Assembly: GCA_964016885.1 (NCBI GenBank)
Contig: OZ024740.1
Span: forward strand, 197,284,001 to 197,348,000
Length of the DNA stretch: 64,000 nucleotides
Origin: Eledone cirrhosa
Lineage: Eukaryota
Direction: 5' to 3'
The stretch's first letter is position 1. Each line of letters starts with the position of its first letter. This document shows positions 39,000 to 51,659 of the stretch, piece after piece. The notes beneath the pieces were generated by a model. That model was not told the origin of the DNA, searched no databases, and saw nothing but the letters and a program-made list of their open reading frames with translations. A program made the position numbers and the translations under genes.

Positions 39000-39620
39000 G
39001 ATGGCTGCCCCCTCGTTATCGAGTATGGCCATTGCACAATATACCATTATTAATAATTATTAATTAATTCTATCATGCAATGCCTGTGCATGAAGATATT
39101 TTTTTAAATGAGGAAAGACTGTGCACTGAGCCAATCCCACTCTCTGAGCGACAGTAGCTATAACCCGAAAAGAAGAAAATATCAACATCATTGGTAACTA
39201 CTGAGCCGCAGGTTTTATATCGGAGTTATCCCAGTTTCCTGAGTTGCCTTCTAGAAGAATGCCCTGACAAAGGCTAGGGGTCCTTCACTCCCAGTGGTTT
39301 AACCGCGCGATCGGGTGTCCAGCCCGATTATTTCTATGTCCCTGCTCATGTACATACACATGCACCCATGTATATACACATGTACATATACATACATATG
39401 TACATGTGTATATACATATTTACACACTTTTGGATGGCCGTTGACTCTTATGAGATCTTCCGCCCTTTGTCAGGTTTTGTTTTTTTGTCCTGCAGGGTGT
39501 CCAAAATCACCCTCCTCACCAAGTAAACTTGGTGGGGTTGCCGGTTTAGTCGCCGACGACCCGACCATGCGACAGGTTGTAGTGGGTTACATGTTACCAG
39601 TAACACTCAAGAGTGACCAC
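39000..39620 (-). mobile_element. Short non-autonomous retroposon with an RTE/BovB-like tail, split by a microsatellite
   Basis: Collinear with 42255-42705; end motif atggctgcc..ctcgtt..gagta.ggcca shared with the RTE ends at 39635 and 42098. Confidence 0.6.
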
Positions 39621-42070
39621 ATACATACATACATGATGGCTGCAAACTCATGGTCAAGTATTGCCATCGCCCGATAAAATGTTCAAAAATGTGAAGCACA
39701 AATGTGACTCTTTAAACCAGCCAAATACTTGCACCCTCTGGCACACACATGGCAACTTTAGGCTCCCCCGAAACCTTCCATTGCTTTGTTCTGGCTGTAT
39801 GTTCACATGTATCTTTTAAGACCTCCCATGCTTGTACATTTCTTACACCTTTTCAGATCATAATCTACATGAGGTCTACTGATATGACTTTGTTCATGTC
39901 TAATCAAACCAGCTTTGCTCAGGCTGACTCGACCACAGTGCTGGCAAACCAGATGATGTTCAACAGCAGCCAGTTCAGAACAGTCTCAATCCTCACCTTC
40001 CTTTTCAGTGTTAGGTGTTCACCACCTGACTTGATCAAATGTCTCCACTTCACACGCTCGTCAGCCATTTTCTCCCATTCGTCAGATGAAATTCCAGCAC
40101 AAGCCAAGGTGCCCCTGATACAGTCCCGGTACCGCCTTTTTGGTTTATGTGGTGGTCGCCTTCCTTCACAGTTCTCCATAGAGAAGTTGCTTTGGAATAC
40201 GATCATCAGACATCCGGACCACGTGACTGCACCACCTCAACCGATACCGAAAGATTATGCTCTCTATAGTCACGCACCTACTCCGTTCGAGAACTTCCAA
40301 ATCACTGGCGAACATTTTCCACCACACCCCAAGTAACTTATGAAGAGATTGTTGGTGAAATCTCTCCAGATCCTTAAGGTGCTTTCTGTAAATGACCCAC
40401 GTTTCACAAACATAAAGTAAAGAGGAGACAACACAAGTCAGATACACTTTCACCTTGGTTTCGATAGTGATACCTCGTCTGGACCATAAACGTTGATGCA
40501 GCCGTCCAAAAGCATCACTGGCTTTCTTGATTCTTAAGGATATTTCATTATCAAGTGTGCATGAAGTGTTCAACGTACTACCAAGGTAAACAAACTTGTC
40601 AGCAACTTTTAGCCTCTTTCCGTAGACGTACACACTTGGTGCAGTGTACTCGTTTCCAGGTACTGGCCGATACATCACAACAGTCTTTTCCAAGCTTACT
40701 GTGACGCCCAAAGTGCTGCAAGCTGCAGAAAAAGAGTTCATAATATGCTGCATGTCACTTTGTGAGTGTGCAAAAAGATCGCAGTCGTCTGCATACAAAA
40801 ACTCTCGGATTATAGATGTTAAAACCTTTGTGCTTGTACCAAAGCGCCTGGTGTTGAACAACCTTCCTGAAGTGCGATACCTGATGTAAACCCCATGAGA
40901 ACAATATTTGAATGCCATGAGAAACACTATCGTAAAATATAAGGAAAACAGAGTTGGAGCCGGAATGTCCCCCTGCTTCACTCCATTTTCAACTGATATT
41001 GGTTCAGAGATGCTACCACCAAAACTGACCAAAGCCTTCATGTCATCATGGAAAAGATGCAGAATCTTCTACCCTACCTTGGATTTTTTTCCCACAACGC
41101 AGTTCGATTGACAGTGTCAAAGGCCTTTGTCAAGTCAACAAAGACCTGGTAAAGGTCCATACATTATTCAATACACTTTTCTTGCAGCTGCCAAGCAGAA
41201 ACGATCATATTATCCACTGTTCCTCTTTCGTTTCTGAACTCACACTGCGACTCAGGCAACACATTCAGAGCAACTCTTGGGATCAATCTATCCATCAATA
41301 TTCAACACGACTTTACCAACTACTGAAAGAAGGGATATGACATGATAATTGCCACATTTGTCCTTGCCGTCCTTTCCTTTATGGAGAATCACCATGAGCG
41401 CATCCTTCTTGTGGGACATTCTCATCTTCCCACACCATTTTCATGAGGTGAGTCAGGCGCTGCGTGAAGTTTTCACCACCACACTTCAAAACCGCTCCAC
41501 TCAGACCATCCATACCAGGAGACTTACCACAGTTCAGCTTATGCACAACAGAAGTCCCCTCTGCAAGAGAAGATACATTAGCCATCTCATATGCTTCACT
41601 GGTTCAATAGGAATGGAACAAATGAAATGATCATCAACCTGGGATGGCTGGTTTAAGAGCTCATCAAAGTGATCTCTCTATCTGTCGAGTGTCTTTTGGG
41701 TCGCGCAGTAATTGCTTGCCATCTTTCGATCTCAAAGGGGCCATACACCTCTGTGAGTAGAAAGTGCGGCAGTTTCACATTGTTGCCGTCAGATGCCACT
41801 TGAACTTCATCTGCTTTGTTGCTCCACCAGGTATTTTGCATAGCCCCGAGTTTCACCTGCACTTCCTTCTTTACCTGTCTGTAACGCTCATATTGGTCAC
41901 CAACAGAGATACCACCTTTAAGAACTGCATCAAGTGCCTTTTGTTTTCTGTCTAGCAGAGCCTTGACCTCCTGGTCATTCTCATCAAACCAGTCTTTGTT
42001 TTCTTGTGACAAAGCCAAGGACCTCTGTTGAAGCCTCATAGACCGAGCTCCTGAAGTCCTTCCAGTTGTT
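39621..42070 (-). mobile_element. RTE/BovB-like LINE, 5'-truncated and degenerate
   Basis: DWFDEND, GKSPGMDG, FVDLTKAFD, GVKQGD, FLYADD, FVYLGS and RIPKQLLYGEL; C-terminal Zn finger; (TATG)n tail. Confidence 0.92.
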
Positions 42071-42084
42071 CTCATACACGCATA

Positions 42085-42705
42085 CATACTTACATATATG
42101 GTGGCTGCCAACTCGTTTTCGAGTACGGCCACCACTTTATATCCATGTAGGAGAACTCCTACCGATGCGCTGAACGAGTGTGACTTCTTAGTCCAGCCAG
42201 CGACTTGAAAACTCTGGTACAAACACTACACTTGTGACAATTATTGACACATAGTGCTGGGCCCATGGCATCATGTGACGACAAGTGCAGAGAGATCTCC
42301 AGCTATAAAGCAATGCCTGTCCCGTGAAGCTTTTTTAGTGAGCAAAGGCACTTTACAAAGCCAGTCCCACTCTCTTAACCAAGATGATATTTACCAAAAA
42401 GAAGAACATGTCAACATCATTGGATACCATCAGAGTTGCAGGTGTTATATCAGAGTTTTCCTTCTCCTAGAATTCTGCCTTGACAAAGGCTAAGGGGTCA
42501 TCTCTCCTGGTGATTTTGGATGGCCATTGACTCTTAAGAGCTCCTTTGCCCTTTGACAGGTTTTGTTTTTAGTCCTGCAGGATGTCCAAAGCCACCCTCC
42601 TCACCAAGAAACCTTGGTGGGGTTGCCAGTTTAGTCACCAACGACCCAACCATGAGACAGGTTGTACTGGGCTACATGTTACCAGTAGCACCAACTGGTG
42701 ACCTG
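42085..42705 (-). mobile_element. RTE 3' end fragment plus a second copy of the short retroposon
   Basis: HKCSVCTRVFKSLAGLRSHTRSAH at 42165-42237; 42515-42705 matches 39428-39618. Confidence 0.65.
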
Positions 42706-43984
42706 ACATATATACATGTATACATCCATCCATACATACATGTATACACACATATATACATCCATCCATCCATCCATACGTGTATACATACATACATACA
42801 ATGGTTAAAGTGTTTGACTGACGACCATAAGTTCTTGGGTTCATATTTGGGACTGGGTAGTTATTGAATCAACCTGATATCAATGTTTATTATACAGCAC
42901 ACTTCCTCTTTGGTATAATATGACACATAGTAATATCTAACATAGTACCCATCTAATCTGTTATAATATGATTTACCTTTCCTCTGTGAAGGCACATGCC
43001 TTAGGGGTTACGGTACTGGACTAACCATTATAAAGTCATGGGCTTGTTTCTTCGATCCTGCAGCATGTTGCGTCCTTCAGTAAAATACTTTAGTTCGTGT
43101 AGCATCTTCTACCAGGACTTGCGGCAGACAGATAATATCAGTAATGGAAAAAACCTTGTTTCATTAGTATGTAACACTATGATAGTTGTGGTCGCCAGTG
43201 TGGTAAAATGATGGTATCCTCGTTGGATTGTCTTGTCGACATAGACGTGAGGGAAGGTCCCTCGTCTATTTACCATCTTTGTATTTACAATATTCCTTTC
43301 GTCAGGTCGCCAATTCCAGCAGCATGGATTATATATGTCATTGAGACACGAGTAACATAATAATGATTTCAACAGCAGAAATTAGAGATGAAATGTATGT
43401 TTATTTTTGATGTAGCACAAACACTGTTTGTTAACTTATATGGTTGAAGTTACACATAAAAATGAGGTTACAAAAGGGAATGTGCCATTGCGCCGGAAAG
43501 CCGGCAGGCTAAGGTGCAAAATCTCACCGTCACATTGTACGTGTTGCTGGTTCGAAGTTCCTGGTGCAAGAGAGAGATTCCTCAAATCTTTTCGGGTAAT
43601 TTCTCCCTCAGGGCGCGTAGCGATACATCCTCTTCTACTGGCGCTGATTGGCTGAACTGAGCCAAATCACGCACAGAGAATGTATGTGAGCCCGCAGAAT
43701 GTAGGTCACTACAAGTATGACCTGGAAATCAGTTCCACTCTATCTTCTTTATTAAAGGCAATCAAATTATTTTTTATATTATTCTTTTTCTTATTTTTCT
43801 ATGTTTGTTAAATAAATTCCAAAAAAAATCGAACTAAATTGAAATTTTGTAATAAAATTTCCATAAAAGTTAATGTTTACAATACAATAAAATGTAATAA
43901 AATGTATTGCAGTCGACGAAATGTGGACCTTCATTTTTGAAAGATGGATAAGTTATAAGCAGACCTTACAATATTGTACCACAA

Positions 43985-44200
43985 TTTTCCTTTGTGCAAA
44001 AGTGGGCAGCCGAATTTAGGAAAGGATAGGGGATTCTTGAAGATGACCCAATGTCTGGACATCCTACAACTGCCACTACCGAGGAAAACATTGATCTCAG
44101 TACTGCAACACCGATGGAAGAAGTGTGGGGAACGCAAGGGAGACTATGTTGAAAAATAAACCTCATTTGGTCACATTCCACGAGAGTATCTTTGTCAACC
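43985..44200 (+). mobile_element. Internally deleted mariner remnant
   Basis: DDPMSGHPTTATTEENID joined to the transposase C-terminus LQHRWKKCGERKGDYVEK*. Confidence 0.75.
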
Positions 44201-44240
44201 CTCGTATCTATGCGCAATATACGTAAAGATACAGAATTAT

Positions 44241-44599
44241 GGGCACTACGCTATTAGCTGTCATATTTGTTGGTGAAAAAAAATTTGATTATAAAACTTA
44301 AATTTATGAATGACTTGTTTTCTACATTGATAACCATGACTTGTTTTCTAATTTGGCCCTTTTAAGGGCCACCTATATTTTCATTTAAGTAACTCCACTT
44401 ACATCGATATGCTTTATAACCATGACTTGTTTTCTATTTGTTTTCTAATTTGGCCCTTTTAAATCTTCCCTATCTCTCAAAAAAACGCGTGAAAACTCCA
44501 CTTACACATGGTAGTAATACGGAAATAAACGATGTTGACGAGTGACGTCACCTTCGCCTGTTTTCCACTGGACTGACAGCTAATAGCGTTGTAGTGCCC
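44241..44599. mobile_element. MITE with GGGCACTAC(AA)CGCTATTAGCTGTCA TIRs
   Basis: TIRs at 44241-44263 and 44575-44599; internal duplication; no clear TSD. Confidence 0.75.
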
Positions 44600-44896
44600 T
44601 GCTATACTATTAATTTATTGAAAATAGCTCACACCGAAGCGATATGAAAAATGCACAAGAATTATGGACGTTATTTGTTTGTAAAAGTAGAATTAAATAG
44701 TATTTACCAAGAAAACTTCATGAACTTCACTGGCTTGGTTAGAGAGAGATCAAGAGATAGCGATTGAGTGAAAGAGAGACTTAGAGAAGGTAAGAGTCTG
44801 TAAGACCCCAAAGGGTTTGTAGAAAGCAAATGTTTACATGTTTACTCTATCTAGAATTGTTCCAAATTGCCTGGCCTGATCTAAGGCAGGCTATTT
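44600..44896 (+). repeat. Duplicated non-coding block with an AG|GTAAGA donor (possible exon)
   Basis: Matches 52913-53191; homology resumes at 45312-45370 versus 53198-53255. Confidence 0.7.
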
Positions 44897-45565
44897 ATCT
44901 ATGTAGATTTGTAGTGAACAGAATTAAATGTATTTTCCTTTGGCAGAAGAATGGTGTCACAGAGGTAAATTGGCTGAAGTGTGAGCCAATCAAGGCCCTT
45001 AGCGGATCGATACAAGTTGCTGTACTACTTGGACCAAAGACACAGTTGGCTGACAGGGCAGAAAGACAATTTGCTGGTAGTGTGAAGACGTCCGACATTT
45101 GATATGCCACATTCTTTCACATCTCCACTGGAATATGCAGCCAACATGATGTGAAGACTTGCTCAACTTTCTCTTGTTATTTTGATTCCATATTTGTACA
45201 ACAAATGAAAGGGAATTTTTGTTATAATGAATTATGTCGTTTTCGTCATTGCCTTCTGAATCGATAACTATATTAATATCTCCAGCGACACATAATCCAC
45301 GTTATAGATTCCTCTGTCTCCGAGACTTGAGAACAAAGGGCTGACCTTTCCAGGTCGTCCAATTTTAGACTTGTTGATGCCCGAAATGAGATAACCCAGA
45401 AAAGGACCGTTAAATGTCATCCAGGGATTAAGGTGTGGACAAATTTTGCTACATTTTACTATTCTAAACAGGGAATTTCTAAGCAGTTGTTTAACCTGCT
45501 AAAAATAGCAATCACATTTCCCCCAAATCATATTCCTACTATCTTAAGATAAAGGACACATTAAA

Positions 45566-45757
45566 TAATAATTGTTTCTACTTTTGGCACAAGGCCAGCA
45601 ATTACACAGTGTATTGCTGGTACTTTATTTTATCGACCCCATAAGGATGAAAGGCAAAGTTAACCTCGGCGGGATTTGAACTCAGAATGGCAAGGGTCGT
45701 AACTATGCGTCAAAGCATGGCGTCCGACCCTCTACCGATACTGCCAATCCACCACCC
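45566..45757 (-). mobile_element. SINE family 1, full length and tRNA-derived
   Basis: A-box tggcagtatcgg, B-box gagttcaaatccc, core and tail; other copies near 19590, 46765, 48490 and 52515. Confidence 0.82.
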
Positions 45758-45944
45758 TTTAAATAATTAATACCTTAGATACACTATAGCTGAAGAAAAA
45801 AAGACAATTGTGATTGGAAAATATTAATCCTCAATGTGGTTGGTATCAGAGTTGACCTGGTATTAAAAGACTATAATTGTTCGAAATTACATTACAATTT
45901 AGCCATTGCTAATTTGTGCTAGTTAGTATTCAGGGAAAAATAAT

Positions 45945-46112
45945 AGTTTCTGATTTAGGCACAAGGCCAACAATTTTTGGGGGAGGGGAAAGAAGATTAA
46001 ATCAACCCCACTGCATTACTGGTGTTTTATTTTATTGACGCCGTAAGGATGAAAGACAAAGCCTTTCATTCTTTCATGGTCGATAAAATAAAGTACCAGT
46101 AATGCACTGGGG
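45945..46112. mobile_element. Second head-to-head SINE family 1 hairpin
   Basis: 46012-46055 versus 46063-46107 are inverted. Confidence 0.7.
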
Positions 46113-46399
46113 TAATGTAATGTTTGAGATGAAGGAGATACAGGGGAGTAAACAGTATAATAGCAGACAGGCATAGAAGCATATACAGAAAGAGAACAGG
46201 AGGAGGAAGTATTCAATAATAGGTGAGAGAGAATGAGGGCGGTGTGAGAAGAGATCTTTAAATAGAGAGAGGTGTGCAGCAATGACTATCAAGTATGTTA
46301 AATATTTAGTAAATATATTCCACATGGCAATTTCACCAAGCTTTTTCTTCGCCCTCCTAAGTTCCCATCCCACGCCATGAAGTGGTCCCTCTGGAGCCA

Positions 46400-46680
46400 T
46401 GACAAAAGTGCCCAGCCCTCATTATAAAGTGGTCATGTATGTGTCAAGACAAAAGCGCCCAGTCCACACTGTAAAGTGGTCGTGTAGGAGTCACGACAAA
46501 AAGCACCTAGTCCACACTGTAAATGTGGTTAGCGTTAGGAAGGGCATCCAGTCGTAGAAACCAAGCCAAAATCAGTTCTGTGTGAGCAAAACAGTCGTCT
46601 GATCTGTTCTCTCCCAAAGGGACAGCCTGTTCTACCCATGCTAGCATGGAAAATGGATGTTAAATGATGATGATGATGAG
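46400..46680 (+). mobile_element. RTE 3' tail fragment
   Basis: ttaggaagggcatccag motif and (GAT)n end. Confidence 0.7.
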
Positions 46681-47179
46681 GCCACTAACATAAATGAAAC
46701 TTAAAGATCAATCCACCTCATGACCCCAGTGCAGAGGATAGAGACAGGGTGAAGAACATCGATCTGATTTCAAATCCTGCCAAAGTTAACTTTGCCTTTC
46801 ATCCTCACTGGGTTGATAAAATAAAGCACCAGTAATAAACTGGGATAATTCTTGGCCTTGTGCCAAAAGTAGAAACAATTATTAATATAATCTTTATTGA
46901 GAAATGAAGCATCAATCTTTTGATACCATTCACATTGGTCTTTAAAAACTCTCTATTCCTTGTCCCATGTTAGCTACATTTTCATCAGCTTCCCTTTAAC
47001 TATTCTACCCCAGCTCTTCTTTTGGCTATACAAGCTTTTGCTTTCCATGTGATGTCTTCTAAATCTTCAGTAAAAAAGGAACAAACATAACCCCTAGTAA
47101 GCATTATTTTGAATTCACAGTAAAATAATTAGTAAAGAACATTCAGCTTCAAAAATATTTCATTCTGCAATTTCTCTTT

Positions 47180-48265
47180 CATCATCATCATCGTTTAACG
47201 TCCATCTTCCACGGGTTTCGACGGGAATTTTCCCACTTGAGGCAAGATTGGTTGTCTTGCTCGTATAGGACTGTCTGGCGGGTTTTCTATGGCTGGATGC
47301 CCTTCCTAACACCAACCACGTTTACAGTGTGGACTGGGAGGTTTTTACCGTGTTACCTACATGGCCACATTACAGCATGGACTGTGTTTTTTTTGTCGTG
47401 ACACCTACACAACCTCATTTATTTCGGACTGGATGTTGTGGTACCAGCATAACTTTACATCGAAAGGGGTGGTGTGGATGGGGTGGGGGTAGTGGGACGG
47501 GGGTGTATTTTTGCTAAGAGGTGTCTACTGACTGTAGGTTTCGCTTTGTACTTAGGCAAGGCGGGTCTTCTGTATTACTGTGTAGCGCCAAACATCTCGG
47601 TCCAGTGACATTGTCTTGGAGAGGTGTAAGTGTGTGAGGTCAGAATTTATCAAGTCGTCCCAGGTTTTTCTTGGTCTGCCTACTCCGTGGCTACCGTCTA
47701 TTTTTATCGCCCTGCACTTTTTTATACAGCTGTCGTCTTTCATGCGCATCACGTGACCATACCAACGTAGTCTTCTCTCGAGTAAACAACATCTGATCCC
47801 TCTTATTCCTAATTTCTCCCTTAGTTCATTTATGCTTTGCCGTTCATGTATATTACTATTACACATCCAACGGAGCATGCAAGCTTCGTTCCTCTGCAGT
47901 CTGCGTATATCCTCTGCACACAATGCCCAAGTCTCACTGCCATGTAACATTGCTGTTCGTATGCAGGCATCATACAGCCTGCCTTTCATTTTTAGAGAGA
48001 ACCCTTTAGCGGCCAATAGTGGTATAAGCTCTCTGAACTTTTTCCATCCCGTTCTGACTCTAGCTACCGCACTTTCAGAGCACCCTCCACCACTGCTCAT
48101 TTTGTCACCCAGGTAACAGAAGGTGTCCACTATTTCTATAGAACCATCTGTGCAATGGAATGAGCTAGTATTCAGTGGACACTTGCTGCTACTTATTGCA
48201 CCTGAGCACCGACCACATATAAAATCTATATTCTTAGTTAGCTTACCTGTGATCCCACTACATCT
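47180..48265 (-). mobile_element. RTE (PHD-type) 3' fragment, same subfamily as 1138-2760
   Basis: 192-aa ORF at 47552-48130 nearly identical to the C-terminus of the 1147 ORF; same 3' UTR. Confidence 0.92.
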
Positions 48266-49552
48266 TTAAATATGCATATTTTTAGTGCAAACCTTATATG
48301 TAAAAACATTCCGCATGCATGGTTCTGTAACTCCCGAGGGAGTTATAGGGGCACCTTATTAACATATGACATTTCTGGGGCATATTTTATGCCTGCCAGT
48401 GCGCAATCCTCTCCAGCTATGAATATTTATCTTCCAAAAAAAGATAGTGACTGAGAGAATGGAAGTGAGAAAGAGATATAGAGGAAGAATTGACCCTAGT
48501 ATTTGACTAGTACCTTTAATAGACCTCGAATGGAGGAAAGGCAAAGTAGACCATGGTGGGATTTGATCTCAGAGAGCCAAAATGAATTGTGCAAAGGATT
48601 CTGTCCGACATTCTAATGATTCTGCTGATTTGCTGCCTCTAAAGCATTATAAGAAAGACAAAATTGAAGAAACATCTATAGACATTTATATCCATTAATG
48701 ATAGATGATAAACTAATCTCATTAAATTATTTTGACATAGAAATATTTCTTAACAGTACTTAGATGGAGCTCAATCTATTTATGAATTGTATATTCAAGT
48801 ATACTGTACTTACCAAATTTAAAGTTTCAGTCTGCCCCAAGCCTAGAGATTCATCAGATGATTTCATTAATGTTAAGCAATGAAAGATACAAGGCCCCTT
48901 CTGGACATGACAGAAGTGAGAGAATTCTGTGTGGATACAGCTGGTTCGAATGTTAAAGAGTTAAGCATGTTCTGTTTTTACATATAGCAGGGCGTTTTTG
49001 AGGGGAAGTGAGGACATATCAGTTCTTGATAATTCATAGTGAGACCCTAATAATTTAAAGTGAGACATTGATAATTCAAAGCGAATTTAAGGATTTCAAA
49101 ATGAGACTTTATGGCATAAAAGTGAGAGTAGTGGTTTCAAAACGAGATTAATACACAACAATTTGTTTATAACATTGTAGCATCATCTTCTTTAATGTCA
49201 ACAATCCAAACTTGCCAATTGACTTTTTATCAACACAATAACGAAGCAAAAATTAATCATATATTTCCCTATGTATGGCAATGGCATTGATCTATGATCA
49301 CAAAGGTTTTTGAGCTGACTGTAAGGAACGTTAAAGATTTGTGCCTACTTTGATCAATGTTCACTTGATGTTGTCTAATTGTAGAACCACCACTCAAAGA
49401 ATAAGAAATTTAACTCTTAAATGATTAATTGTTGCACTGTTCCTATTTATTTAATAATTTTTGAGGCAGCACATTTAGAATGTGAAAATCTGTACATCCC
49501 ATGTCAGCATAGAAAACAGACATAAAATGGATAATAATTTTGAAAGAAAGAT

Positions 49553-49558
49553 TTTATT
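49553..49558 (-). terminator. Candidate AATAAA polyadenylation signal of ZNF-B
   Basis: About 310 nt downstream of the stop codon; weak evidence in AT-rich DNA. Confidence 0.3.
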
Positions 49559-49868
49559 AAAAATATCACAGTAGTAAGTTATCTCACCAATATAGAGATG
49601 GTTGTGGTTATATAAAATATAGTGCTGGGAGGTTATCAAAATGTTATATCATTTTCCTGTGTGAATATATTTAAGGTTATAGATATTTTTTCCCAAAAAA
49701 CAAATTTTGAAATCGATAGTTACTCTCCTGTATTAATACATACATGAAGTTAAGTAATATTTTTGAGAAAATAATTTACCAGTGGTTCTCTCGTATATAC
49801 CATAGTGATAGTGTGTCTCTTCTATATTTATAAGTAGTTAAATGATCTGTTTTAAATAATGATTTACC

Positions 49869-50825
49869 TCAGCTAACAGTGATACAGCTTCTCTTCATGA
49901 TATGATTTTTTTCATGTTTAGTTAAGCCAATTCTTTCAGAGAATGATTTACCACATATATCACAATGATATGGTTTCTCTCTTGTATGAACACGTTTGTG
50001 TTTAGTTAGGTCACTATTTTGAGAGAATGTTTTACCACAAATATCACAGTTATGTGGTTTCTCTCCTGTGTGAATATATTTGTGAATAGTTAAATGACTT
50101 GTTTGAGAGAATGATCTATCACATATATCACACTGATAAGGCTTCTCTCCTGTATGAATATACTTGTGTGTAGTTAAGTGACCTGTTTGAGAGAAAGCTA
50201 TACCACAGATATCACAGCGATAGGGTTTCTCCCCTGTATGGATGCGATGATGTTTTGTTAGGTGACTTTTATTAGAGAATGATTTACCACAGATATCACA
50301 GTGAAATGGTTTCTCTCCTGTATGAATGCGTTTGTGAGTAGTTACGTCACAACTCCGAAAAAAAAGTTTACCACATATTTCACAAGGATATGACTTCTCT
50401 TCAGTATGAATACGTTTGTGAGCAGTTAAGACATCACTCCGAGAGAATGATTTACCACAGATATCACAGTTATATGGCTTCTCTCCAGTATGAATACGTT
50501 TGTGAACACTTAATGCCTTATTTCGAGAGAATGATTTACCACAGATATCACAGTGATAAGACTTATCTCTTGTATGAATACATTTGTGTTTAGTTAAGGC
50601 ATCTCTTGCAAAGAATGATTTACCACAAATATCACAATTATATGGCTCCTCTCTTGTATGAATGAGTTTGTGAGCAGTTAAAACATTATTTCGAGAGAAT
50701 GATTTGCCACAGATATCACAGTGATGTGATGTTTTTTGTTTCTTTTCTATTATTTTGCCAGGTAAATCAATCCCTTGGGATTGTGTTGCACATTTAACTG
50801 GGTTCTCACATAATTCATTTTCCAT
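49869..50825 (-). CDS. C2H2 zinc-finger protein with 10 fingers (ZNF-B)
   Basis: 318-aa ORF with ten canonical fingers; same N- and C-termini as ZNF-A; acceptor at 50971-50972. Confidence 0.93.
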   Translation of the reverse strand: MENELCENPVKCATQSQGIDLPGKIIEKKQKTSHHCDICGKSFSRNNVLTAHKLIHTREEPYNCDICGKSFFARDALTKHKCIHTRDKSYHCDICGKSFSRNKALSVHKRIHTGEKPYNCDICGKSFSRSDVLTAHKRIHTEEKSYPCEICGKLFFRSCDVTTHKRIHTGEKPFHCDICGKSFSNKSHLTKHHRIHTGEKPYRCDICGIAFSQTGHLTTHKYIHTGEKPYQCDICDRSFSQTSHLTIHKYIHTGEKPHNCDICGKTFSQNSDLTKHKRVHTREKPYHCDICGKSFSERIGLTKHEKNHIMKRSCITVS

Positions 50826-51659
50826 AATTTTTCTTTTTTATCACAATATATATATTTCTCTTTTTTATATATTTTATTCCTAACAAATATTTCTACTGTT
50901 GAATTTCCATAAACATTAATGATGAATCTCAGGTAAAGAATATTCTGTAAAGTCAACATCATCTGATATTCTGAAAAATAGAGAAACAGTATAAGATATA
51001 GAGGATACTTAAAGAATAAAAAAGTTAAGTGAAAATTTGGCTACATTTCTGTAATGGTAGCATGTAGATATAACATTTAACATGAAGATTTAAAGTTTAA
51101 TTTTTAATTTATCAAAATAACATAATACAACACTGTGTGAAGTCTTACAAACTAGAGCAACACCTTCAGATTGTGTAGCAGAATATATATGTTAAACTAC
51201 AGCTACACCTTCAGATTATGTAATATATGTTATACTACAGCTACTTCATCATGAAATTCTGCTACACAAATGAAAATCAAATGAAATTTACAGCTCACAC
51301 CTAATGCAAGTTTATTGGCATCCTATGAAGGTTTCTTCAATGTTTTAATAAGGCTCTTACAGCCCTGACTGAGCAAACCTATCATGAATGAAGAAAAGAC
51401 TGAATGGGAACAATCCCATTAACCAAACCTAGCTTAAGTGAATAATAAAGGTTGAATTAGTATAAAGTTGACAGTGGTCTTGATTGACATTACTTTTTAT
51501 GGACTTCAGTTGAAATATCTCAGGAAAATATTACAATTTTGAGAAATTGTCTCCAAAGTTTATATTTGAAAATTGGTAAAATGGAAATAAATTAATACAA
51601 AATTAGTTGAAGAGAATTAAATATGAGAGAATCACAAGGTATAGAACGTGTTAGGTAGA

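Noticed and set aside
44897-45310. Insert with a degenerate Zn-knuckle-like translation
   Set aside because: Too decayed to classify by eye
45680-45757. tRNA gene (also at 23390-23465)
   Set aside because: A and B boxes belong to SINE heads; no cloverleaf evident and SINE bodies follow
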